From: a virus
Length of the DNA stretch: 34,903 nucleotides
Direction: 5' to 3' (one strand)
IMG/VR virus record: IMGVR_UViG_3300022187_000010
Shown: in pieces, positions 1-7,504 of the stretch
Numbering within the stretch: position 1 is the first letter of the stretch
Layout of the letters: every line of letters begins with the position of its first letter
Position numbers and translations under genes: made by a program
The notes under the pieces: model-generated
Seen by the model: the letters and a program-made list of their open reading frames with translations, nothing else
What the model was told of the DNA's origin: nothing
The model's database searches: none

Positions 1-127
1 TTTTGTAAAGTGTGGACGTGCTTGATGTGTCCAAACTCACTAAACGATATATTGAATGCTTTTAAATATTTATTACCAGCAAACCTACCTTTTAAAACAT
101 AAGTAACCATGAAGTTGCCTAGTTTGT
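1..127. repeat. Terminal direct repeat copy 1 (identical to 34777..34903); closure overlap of a circular or permuted genome
   Basis: The 127 nt at the left end repeat base-for-base at the right end, and a minus-strand ORF continues across the junction in frame. Confidence 0.95.
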
Positions 128-302
128 ATACTTTAGATTTTTCAGTTGTATAAGTCTCAAACCCAAAATTTAACAACCATTCTTCTGTAAGTGGTATTCC
201 ATTATAAATATCTGCAAACTTTACTTTTGCATTTAATCCAATTTTAACTACACCTAAAGTGTCTTGGACAAAATTACCAATTCTTAATTCATTTGCTTTC
301 AT
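1..302 (-). CDS. Hypothetical protein, N-terminal part of a 115-aa ORF that wraps the circular junction (continues at 34776..34731)
   Basis: ATG at 302-300 overlaps the upstream stop (TAATG). Manual translation gives MKANELRIGNFVQDTLGVVKIGLNAK...HIKHVHTLQ with no stop to base 1. Joined length is 348 nt, which is 116 codons. Confidence 0.7.
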   Translation of the reverse strand, partial: MKANELRIGNFVQDTLGVVKIGLNAKVKFADIYNGIPLTEEWLLNFGFETYTTEKSKVYKLGNFMVTYVLKGRFAGNKYLKAFNISFSEFGHIKHVHTLQ

Positions 303-694
303 TAGTAAACCGTTTTTAATTTGTGAATGTAGTTAGGATCTTCTGCATAACCTATACGCTTTAAAAAACTATGGTAGTCTCCACCTTTGTAGAATCTACG
401 CTGCCATACTGCATACTCTTTTACTGAATCTTGCCACTTATCAAACTTCATGTAACCGCCTTTGGAAGATATAAACCCGAATAGGTTGTTATTATCTAAG
501 CTGCAATTATTACACTTATACCATCCAGTCTCTACTACGCTTTGCCTTACTACTATATCTACGTGTTTAACTCCATAAGCTTCTAGTAGTGCTTTTACTT
601 GTGTGGTGTCTTGAGCTTTGGCTTTTTTACCTACCAACATCAATACAATTAGTATCAATGGAAGTAGGTACCATTTATCTGTTAGTGTTTTCAT
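302..694 (-). CDS. Secreted GH73-type peptidoglycan hydrolase (N-acetylglucosaminidase/FlgJ-like) with an N-terminal signal or anchor
   Basis: 130 aa. Hydrophobic N-terminus WYLLPLILIVLMLVGKKAKA. VETGW...NNNLFGF and YAEDPNYIHKL resemble the glucosaminidase-domain catalytic region. Confidence 0.6.
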   Translation of the reverse strand: MKTLTDKWYLLPLILIVLMLVGKKAKAQDTTQVKALLEAYGVKHVDIVVRQSVVETGWYKCNNCSLDNNNLFGFISSKGGYMKFDKWQDSVKEYAVWQRRFYKGGDYHSFLKRIGYAEDPNYIHKLKTVY

Positions 695-950
695 TTTTTT
701 TAAATAAGTCGTGTAAATAATCTGATTTATCCTCTAAGCCAGACATATAGTGAGTAGGAGGCTCTATGGTTTTGTCTTCTTTTAATTCCCAATCTGGGAA
801 CACTTCTTTAAAAACTTTAACCGAATGTCTAACCATCCCTGGAGCATAAGTGTGTCTCCCGTGTGCATATCTAATAGCCATCCACACGATGTCTTTATAT
901 GCTTCTGCTACTTTATTTAGTTTTTGTTGAGGTGTTATGTCTTTATTCAT
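675..950 (-). CDS. Hypothetical protein
   Basis: 91-aa ORF with an ATG start, in the same orientation as its neighbours. Confidence 0.6.
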   Translation of the reverse strand: MNKDITPQQKLNKVAEAYKDIVWMAIRYAHGRHTYAPGMVRHSVKVFKEVFPDWELKEDKTIEPPTHYMSGLEDKSDYLHDLFKKNENTNR

Positions 951-1044
951 CTTGTTTAAGTTTTTTTATATATTATTTAATAAGGCAGCCGCTTATTTAA
1001 TGTTAAATATGTTTAACAAAATATTGTTAATTTGTAAACTATAT

Positions 1045-1407
1045 TTAACAATCTTTCCAATCCCCAAGTATAGTTGTAAGGACTTTCATTTCGTCAAATG
1101 TTACGGGCTTACAGTTCAGCTCCGAAATAGTTAAATCGCAAGTTACCAACTTTTTGCCTTCGTATGTAAATTCTACTTCTAAAACGCCTTTAGCATATCG
1201 ATTTGTATGAAACTCATCGTGTTCATATTGCTTAGTCAATTTAAAACCAAGCCCTTTTAATTGTTCTTCTGTCAACTCGCTATTATCTGACTGTTTAGTT
1301 TCTGTTAGTTTGGATTCCAGCCATTCGATGTAATACCATTCAATAATATTACTTGGATTAATACCACCCTTCTCTAAGCAATACTGTTCTCTTAGTTTAT
1401 TATTCAT
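1045..1407 (-). CDS. Hypothetical protein
   Basis: 120-aa ORF with an ATG start. Confidence 0.6.
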   Translation of the reverse strand: MNNKLREQYCLEKGGINPSNIIEWYYIEWLESKLTETKQSDNSELTEEQLKGLGFKLTKQYEHDEFHTNRYAKGVLEVEFTYEGKKLVTCDLTISELNCKPVTFDEMKVLTTILGDWKDC

Positions 1408-1423
1408 TTTTTAAAGTGTTTAA

Positions 1424-1711
1424 TTACCATTCACCCTTATAATGTAGATAGGCTATGTCTTTACCCTCTAGTTTACTTAGATACTCAATAGCTTTAGGTA
1501 GTCTTATACACTTATCATTGTACTCATATACATAACCACGACCGTATCTATCTGCTTTAAAAAGGTCAACGTGTTTAGCACATCGTTTAACCCAGTCTTT
1601 AATTGAGTCAACACCTACTAACTTAGCAAACTCCCCCACCTCTACCGTAGTAGGGTTAGGGTGAGTGCCGTAGTCTCTATGCGCTTGTTCTATTGTTCCA
1701 CAAGTATTCAT
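1424..1711 (-). CDS. Hypothetical protein
   Basis: 95-aa ORF. Its ATG overlaps the upstream stop (TAATG). Confidence 0.6.
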   Translation of the reverse strand: MNTCGTIEQAHRDYGTHPNPTTVEVGEFAKLVGVDSIKDWVKRCAKHVDLFKADRYGRGYVYEYNDKCIRLPKAIEYLSKLEGKDIAYLHYKGEW

Positions 1712-2160
1712 TATCCTAGTCCGTTATCTTTTGCTTTCTGTTCTAACACTACTAACTTATCTAAAATTAACTCTGCTAGTGCAGTAGTTTTATCTAGTCT
1801 TTGAGAAGTTGTATTAACATCTTCACCATATCCATTCGATATAAGCATTAAATTAGCCTCTCTAAAGGCATATTGTGCAATTATGGATGCTTGGTTACGC
1901 TGATAAGATTTAGAGCCGTTAGATGGGCTAAAATTGCTTTGTTCTTTTTGAGCAGATTTTGCCTTGTTAAATTCTTGTTGACCATGCTCAGTTATTTGGT
2001 AGGTTATTTCCCATCCTACTTGCACCTCTTTTTTCTTACCTATGTTAATCTTATCACCATTCTCCATTGTTAGATTATGGTAGTAAGTAGTTCCATAGTC
2101 ATTTGTAAAAGGCTTAACCTCGCCTACTTCTTTTACTTTACTTGTCTTGATTTCTGACAT
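1711..2160 (-). CDS. Hypothetical protein
   Basis: 149-aa ORF with an ATG start. The beta-rich N-terminal half and helical C-terminal half are not recognisable by eye. Confidence 0.6.
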   Translation of the reverse strand: MSEIKTSKVKEVGEVKPFTNDYGTTYYHNLTMENGDKINIGKKKEVQVGWEITYQITEHGQQEFNKAKSAQKEQSNFSPSNGSKSYQRNQASIIAQYAFREANLMLISNGYGEDVNTTSQRLDKTTALAELILDKLVVLEQKAKDNGLG

Positions 2161-2560
2161 CTTTATTTGATTTATTGTTTAAACTTTTACTTATTGAAAA
2201 GGCCTTAGACTTTCTTGCTCGTCTATCATTGTATGCCTTTTTTTCTTCTATGTTCTCAATGTGCTGGATTAGACATTGCAAGTCCATAAACATATTCTTA
2301 GTTCTACCATGAGTTAATGTATTCTTTAGTGGAAACTTTTTAGCGATGTAGTCACACCGTTTTTTCATTTCCGTTAATTCGTAGTCTAAGGCTTTAGCAC
2401 CTCTCATGAAGTCATCTATTAAATCCGAAATAGATTCTAATGCTTCCATGTCGTTGTTTCTTTGCGCTTCATTAAGTGCATTGTCTAGCATCTTATTAGC
2501 GTTGTGTATTTCTGTGAATATTCCCATTTCTTTTAGTTTTAATTGGTTATCTGTTAGCAA
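2138..2560 (-). CDS. Hypothetical coiled-coil protein (start uncertain: TTG at 2560 or ATG at 2527)
   Basis: 140-aa ORF whose first codon is TTG. The first ATG (MGIFTEIH) is 11 codons in. Confidence 0.55.
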   Translation of the reverse strand: MLTDNQLKLKEMGIFTEIHNANKMLDNALNEAQRNNDMEALESISDLIDDFMRGAKALDYELTEMKKRCDYIAKKFPLKNTLTHGRTKNMFMDLQCLIQHIENIEEKKAYNDRRARKSKAFSISKSLNNKSNKDVRNQDK

Positions 2561-2631
2561 ATCTATAACATAGGTTTTAATAAAACAAGGATTTTGTAAA
2601 TTATTTTCAAATTATTTTTACTAGACACGCG

Positions 2632-2656
2632 AAAAACCTAGTAAATACTAAGGTTT
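2632..2656 (-). terminator. Weak stem-loop plus short U-run after the exonuclease gene
   Basis: Minus strand reads AACCTTAGT-ATTT-ACTAGGTT followed by TTTCG. The stem is 8 bp with one bulge, is AT-rich, and has a short T tail. Confidence 0.3.
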
Positions 2657-2676
2657 CAAAGGAAATTAAATAAGGA

Positions 2677-3465
2677 TTATTTTATACCAGCGTTAAGTTT
2701 AAACTTAATCCAGTCTTGATGTGTCTTGTTATTAATCTTAAAATACTTATTACACGCTCTATCAGAACAACGCATCCAATGGTGTATAGTTCCTGACGCT
2801 GTTGTAACTTGCTTATTGTGGTATACGTGTATGTTTCCACAGTTAGGGCAGTTGTACTTCTCTAAACCTTTATTAACTGAATGGTTAAACTTAGGCTTAA
2901 TATACGGCTCTAGTTTTTTATACAACGCTTTAAGGCTTGTTATATCTCCATCACCATAGTAGAGTAAATGATCTAACGCCTTTTTGCACTTCTTAAATTG
3001 TATGTCATCCCATGTAGATATACCTCCTGCGTCTAGTTTTAAAGGTAGTTTAAAGTATTTACACGCTTCTTTAAGGCTGTATGAATCCATGTACGCTATT
3101 TTCTTTAGTTCTAGCATGGTATCTATCTGTACGGGTTTAACGGGTAAATCTACGCCATGATATAAAGCCCTGTTATACACTTTCTTCATGTCAAATCTAT
3201 TGCCGTTGTGTGCTACTACTTCGTTTGCATCTTTGAACTGTTTGGATATTTCCTTTAGTACCCGCTTGTCACATTGTTTATTTAAACCCCAGTCAATATT
3301 GTGTACTTTATCCTCACCCTCCCACGACCAATGAAAAGATATTATTTTCTGTGGTTCTATTATCTGTGATGCGTGTACGTATTGTTTGCCTGAACCCCAT
3401 AACTTAGCGATTGCTTGACTCATTTCTAAGTCGTAGTAAAGTCTTTTTATGGGTGTGCTTTTCAC
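2677..3465 (-). CDS. DEDDy-type 3'-5' exonuclease (DnaQ/RNase H-like fold) with a C-terminal zinc ribbon
   Basis: 262 aa. Exo motifs are YYDLE, AHNGNRFD and YYGDGDI. C-terminal CPNCG...C..RAC cysteines. GTG start overlaps the upstream stop (GTGA). Confidence 0.7.
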   Translation of the reverse strand: MKSTPIKRLYYDLEMSQAIAKLWGSGKQYVHASQIIEPQKIISFHWSWEGEDKVHNIDWGLNKQCDKRVLKEISKQFKDANEVVAHNGNRFDMKKVYNRALYHGVDLPVKPVQIDTMLELKKIAYMDSYSLKEACKYFKLPLKLDAGGISTWDDIQFKKCKKALDHLLYYGDGDITSLKALYKKLEPYIKPKFNHSVNKGLEKYNCPNCGNIHVYHNKQVTTASGTIHHWMRCSDRACNKYFKINNKTHQDWIKFKLNAGIK

Positions 3466-3890
3466 TCTCTAAGTGATTTAATGCCTAGCAATATAAGTAA
3501 AATAACTAAACCAACCAAAACTATTATCATATAGGCAGGTGTTTTTACCTTAGTAACAGGTTGGATATACTTATAAGGCACTCGTATTTCCCTTATTATA
3601 CTATCGCCTTTACACTCACCCTCTATAAATATACTATCCCTATAATAATATTGCTTAATAGTAAGTCTATCATTAACCACAGTAATAGTGTCTCTAAGTA
3701 ATCTAAGGAAAGTAGTGTCTTTAAAGACTGTGTCTGCTTTAATAGTTTCAATATGTATAGTATCGTAAACACTTAGTGTATCTACTTTAATTAGTTCGGG
3801 GTGTTTCTTAACAAGTCTGTTAAGGCGTTTCTGAGGGGTGCATGACGCTAAGATTAATATTATACACCAAATGGCTGTTCGTATATACAT
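3462..3890 (-). CDS. Unimolecular-spanin-like lipoprotein (N-terminal lipobox plus C-terminal TM helix)
   Basis: 142 aa. Signal peptide with lipobox ILASC. C-terminal TM YMIIVLVGLVILLILLGI. Lies directly after the endolysin gene. Confidence 0.5.
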   Translation of the reverse strand: MYIRTAIWCIILILASCTPQKRLNRLVKKHPELIKVDTLSVYDTIHIETIKADTVFKDTTFLRLLRDTITVVNDRLTIKQYYYRDSIFIEGECKGDSIIREIRVPYKYIQPVTKVKTPAYMIIVLVGLVILLILLGIKSLRE

Positions 3891-4321
3891 GGTATGTTGT
3901 GTTTATCTGCATACTCCCTTACATCAAAACATGGGCATGGTTTGTTATTAAATTGATTATGCCCAGCTAAAAGTATGTTAGGATACGTTTTAACGGCTTC
4001 TAAATATATTTTGATAACAGACTTCCACTGGTCAACCGTTAGTGTGTCTTGTGGTTTCCCTTGCTCTGACATACCCCCTTCTAAACAAACACCTATTGAA
4101 TCGTGGTTGTGTCCTAAAGTATGTGCGCCAGTGTATAATAAATCTCGCCCTTGTTGTATGGTTCCGTCAAACTTTATATAAAAATTGTAACCAACATCTC
4201 GCCATCCTCTCGCCATATGCCATCTACGTACATCGTTTACATCTATATTCATAGAACGCTTAGTGTAGGCACAATGTATAATAAGATACTTAATACCTCT
4301 ATTTACTTTTGGGATATTCAT
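3860..4321 (-). CDS. N-acetylmuramoyl-L-alanine amidase endolysin (Amidase_2/PGRP, T7 lysozyme-like)
   Basis: 153 aa. Motifs IIHCAYT, GWRDVGYNFYI, GAHTLGHNHDSIGVCLEGG and AGHNQF..KPCPCF. Confidence 0.85.
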   Translation of the reverse strand: MNIPKVNRGIKYLIIHCAYTKRSMNIDVNDVRRWHMARGWRDVGYNFYIKFDGTIQQGRDLLYTGAHTLGHNHDSIGVCLEGGMSEQGKPQDTLTVDQWKSVIKIYLEAVKTYPNILLAGHNQFNNKPCPCFDVREYADKHNIPCIYEQPFGV

Positions 4322-4500
4322 CGTTTAATCCCTACGTGTTTATCCTTAACAAAAAGTAATCCAGTCCCTATACCTGCAATAATTGCCGTTTCACTTGCTG
4401 ATACATCGGCTTTAAACACCCAAGTTAATACTGCTATGAGTATTATTATTAATCCTATTATAGTGGTAATTAAGCCACTCTTAAAAAGTCTATCAATCAT
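4318..4500 (-). CDS. Holin-like protein with two TM helices
   Basis: 60 aa with two hydrophobic segments. ATGA overlaps on both sides. Lies immediately upstream of the endolysin. Confidence 0.6.
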   Translation of the reverse strand: MIDRLFKSGLITTIIGLIIILIAVLTWVFKADVSASETAIIAGIGTGLLFVKDKHVGIKR

Positions 4501-4724
4501 ACTCTGTCTTTTAAAATTTCAATATTAGTATTCAGCTTACTCATTGCGTCTGTGTTCTTTTCGACTATATCGCTAAACTTCTCAACGTGACGGTTATTAT
4601 CTTGACGCCACTTATCTCTTTCCTCGTTGTGCATCTTCGTTAACTTGAACAAGTATATTAAAACCACCACAAGAATTGCGCCTACTGCGCCTAATTCTAT
4701 TAATGTTTGTACTGCTGCGTCCAT
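4497..4724 (-). CDS. Holin or antiholin-like protein with one TM helix and a charged C-terminus
   Basis: 75 aa. N-terminal TM LIELGAVGAILVVVLIYLF followed by a charged helical tail. Confidence 0.5.
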   Translation of the reverse strand: MDAAVQTLIELGAVGAILVVVLIYLFKLTKMHNEERDKWRQDNNRHVEKFSDIVEKNTDAMSKLNTNIEILKDRV

Positions 4725-4745
4725 TTGTTTACTATGTCTTTCATT

Positions 4746-6152
4746 TTATAAGTCTGTTGGGGTTGTTCTGTAAACCTTTATACCCGTTGTTTCGTAAGTA
4801 TCGGGGTCTGCGTATGCGTTATAGTCTCTGGCGTGTGCTTTGATTCTAACGCTTTGCCCCATATCTAAACTCTGGGTTGTCCACATCTGTGTTAATGTGC
4901 CGCTATTGTTGTAATAAAAAGAAACGTCTGTGCCGTCTATCTTAATAAACACATCTTTGCCTTTTGCTATTCCTGGTTCATTGTCGGACTGAATGCCATT
5001 GTCTGCTACAACTAACCTATAATTTCCTAATGATGGGGCGTTTAAAACCCTATGAGTTATTAGCGCGAATGTTAAATCGTTTTTGTCTGCAATAAGGCTA
5101 AATCCACCATGAGACATTGGTAAGCTACTAGCATTCCAATCATAAGCGTTAAACCTTACCCATAACACCTCACCATCTATATTGTAACTACCTTTACTTA
5201 ATACTTCACAACTATTTCTATCTGGGTCTGTACCCGCAGAATGAGTTAAAGTAAATGTTAAATCGGTTGTGTTAAATGCAAAACTGGCAGAGGGCTGGTC
5301 ATCGTATTGATAGAAGTTACTACCATCCATCGGATATTCACCTAAGACATAACTATTACCGTAAGGGTTGCAGAAATTGTTTTTATTAGATGTCCTTTGT
5401 GCTGCCGTTGTTCCTGTTTGAGTCCAATCATTTCCACTTATAGGGTCTGGTATTGTATAATCAGTGGAGAATGTAGCGTTATCAAAATCAGTAGATATAA
5501 CACAGCTATTAATATTTTCATAAGCTAGTGGTTCTCCGTTATTCCATATACTTAACATTTCTGATGTAGGTATAGCCCTGTTAAACACTGCACATTGATT
5601 TATAACACCCACAGGAAACCTAGACAACACGCCCGAAGCATAAAAGCCACCCATAGTTAGTGTTTTAGCACTTGCGTATATAGTATAGTTGCCAGCTCCA
5701 GTATCAGTGATTGTGGATGTAGCCATAACTACTCCATCTAAAGTTATAGTTACAGCAGCAGCGGCATTAGCAGCACTTACGTCTACGCTAACACCTATTT
5801 GCTCCCATCTGTTATTTATAGTCCCTGTTGTAGTAACCCTTAAATCTAAACCATTACCCGCTGAACTTGACAGGAAGTCAATATTGCCAGAATCAGTCAC
5901 CCTTAAAATAAACCCTCTTTGTTTTCCACTATTATCCCACATTGATAAAAGTGTTTTATCCGTTCCTGTTGAGTAATCCGAAATATTAGAAGTTATTATT
6001 ATACTATAATTATCATTTATAGTTGACGCAGAAAACCCGCTAGACTCCATAGCATATTCCTCACTATGCCATACAAAGGATGCGTTATGAGTTACACCCA
6101 CTGCACTTGGAGTGCGTTTACCTACATTATATCCGAATCCGTAACCGTACAT
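4746..6152 (-). CDS. LamG/concanavalin-A-like lectin-domain tail fibre or receptor-binding protein
   Basis: 468 aa. The N-terminal half has a Laminin-G_3-like pattern (LSMWDNSGKQRGFILRV...WEQIGVSVD...LTMGGF...VFNRAIPTSEM). It is the last virion gene before the lysis genes. Confidence 0.6.
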   Translation of the reverse strand: MYGYGFGYNVGKRTPSAVGVTHNASFVWHSEEYAMESSGFSASTINDNYSIIITSNISDYSTGTDKTLLSMWDNSGKQRGFILRVTDSGNIDFLSSSAGNGLDLRVTTTGTINNRWEQIGVSVDVSAANAAAAVTITLDGVVMATSTITDTGAGNYTIYASAKTLTMGGFYASGVLSRFPVGVINQCAVFNRAIPTSEMLSIWNNGEPLAYENINSCVISTDFDNATFSTDYTIPDPISGNDWTQTGTTAAQRTSNKNNFCNPYGNSYVLGEYPMDGSNFYQYDDQPSASFAFNTTDLTFTLTHSAGTDPDRNSCEVLSKGSYNIDGEVLWVRFNAYDWNASSLPMSHGGFSLIADKNDLTFALITHRVLNAPSLGNYRLVVADNGIQSDNEPGIAKGKDVFIKIDGTDVSFYYNNSGTLTQMWTTQSLDMGQSVRIKAHARDYNAYADPDTYETTGIKVYRTTPTDL

Positions 6153-6427
6153 TATCTTAGTATCAGAGTTACTTCACCACTCGTTAAAGTTACTGCGCTA
6201 AAGTAGTCATCACCTGTTGACGTAATAACTGTTCCTGCGCTTACCGCTGTTGCAGGTGTGCTAATGTAATCTTCCTTTACATCACTACCACTTTCATCTT
6301 TAAGACTTGAAATAACTGCATCTAAACTAACATAAAAACTAGTGAATTTCTTAATTGCTTCGTTTGTATCATTAACGGTGTAAGTTCCGTTCTTTGCTGC
6401 CATTCTCGCGTTTGGGTTTCCGTCCAT
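6152..6427 (-). CDS. Hypothetical virion-module protein
   Basis: 91-aa ORF with TAATG coupling to the fibre gene. Confidence 0.55.
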   Translation of the reverse strand: MDGNPNARMAAKNGTYTVNDTNEAIKKFTSFYVSLDAVISSLKDESGSDVKEDYISTPATAVSAGTVITSTGDDYFSAVTLTSGEVTLILR

Positions 6428-6445
6428 TTCTTTTTATTTATTTGT

Positions 6446-6916
6446 TTAACAATTTGCTGTTATTGGTGTTATGCACCTATCGTAATTAAATCCTTGTTTT
6501 ATCTGTATGTTTGCCACCACACCAGATACTCTATCGGAATAATCTTCGCTTAAAAAACCATAGTTAACTGTTTGGCTAGGTTGAAAGAAAGCGTCCCCAT
6601 CCATTCCTAAATATTCTGGTCTCTCTATTAACCACACAATATCCGTTGCTATCTGCATACAGTCGCTTTTAACTTCCTGCTCGTTACCTCTATCCTTATC
6701 TACTAAGTCGGTAATGATTAACTCAAAATTGTAATACAAACTTCCACCTGTAGACGTTGCCCCTAATTGATTTAGGAATACTCTAGGATATAACAACCGA
6801 TCCAAACTATCTTTCTCAAAAGCCTGTGATACATTACCACTTGCAAATGACTTAACTTGATAGTGTTGGTCAGCTATTGCCTGTATTCTGTTTACTATCT
6901 GATTTAGACTTACCAT
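6446..6916 (-). CDS. Putative neck or head-tail joining protein
   Basis: 156-aa ORF that follows the connector gene. Assignment is by position only. Confidence 0.45.
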   Translation of the reverse strand: MVSLNQIVNRIQAIADQHYQVKSFASGNVSQAFEKDSLDRLLYPRVFLNQLGATSTGGSLYYNFELIITDLVDKDRGNEQEVKSDCMQIATDIVWLIERPEYLGMDGDAFFQPSQTVNYGFLSEDYSDRVSGVVANIQIKQGFNYDRCITPITANC

Positions 6917-6983
6917 ACTTTTCTTTGTAGTACTTATCTACTTTCTCTTTAATCTCTTTTTTACCTATGTATTTTTTGCTCAT
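6864..6983 (-). CDS. Possible 39-aa lysine-rich small ORF (MSKKYIGKKEIKEKVDKYYKEKYGKSKSDSKQNTGNS)
   Basis: ATG overlaps the upstream stop (ATGA at 6983-6980). It fills the 63-nt gap but overlaps the next gene by 53 nt. It is below the ORF-track cutoff. Confidence 0.2.
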
Positions 6984-7501
6984 CCTAAATAGATACCGTT
7001 AACGTGGTGCGTTTTATCTGGGTGAATATCTCCATCATCATCATTCTCTGTGTACTCTGGAAAATCATCACACTTTTGACTTAGATAATAGTTTAATCTA
7101 TACTCCCATGCTGTTGCCTTTGCTTCGTACTTATCGCTTAGTCTTTGTATCTCTTGTAGGGTTACAGTCTGGCCGCCTTCATTGCCCTGTTTGATAACAC
7201 CATTGTTACGCATTTTAAGCGTTATAAAGTCTGCTACATCAATCATTACCCTAAACAGTAATACATTCACTACATAACTATTTAAAAGCGTCTTATACGG
7301 CTCTGGAATAGGTGTGCTAGAACTAACATACGCATCTACGTCGCTTATCAGTTTATTGTATAAATCAGTTCCCAAAATTGGAACTATGTATAACTCTTGT
7401 GCATCCCTTATCAAAGGTCTAATAATAGACTCATCTACATTACCATCTAAGGCTGTGCGTTCCTTTACAAAATTCTCTGATATTAAATAAGTAAATGCCA
7501 T
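6980..7501 (-). CDS. Head-tail connector/adaptor (gp6-like)
   Basis: 173 aa. The N-terminal pattern VDESIIRPLIRDAQELYIVPILGTDLYNKL is typical of gp6-like adaptors. It lies directly after the portal gene. Confidence 0.55.
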   Translation of the reverse strand: MAFTYLISENFVKERTALDGNVDESIIRPLIRDAQELYIVPILGTDLYNKLISDVDAYVSSSTPIPEPYKTLLNSYVVNVLLFRVMIDVADFITLKMRNNGVIKQGNEGGQTVTLQEIQRLSDKYEAKATAWEYRLNYYLSQKCDDFPEYTENDDDGDIHPDKTHHVNGIYLG

Positions 7502-7504
7502 GTC

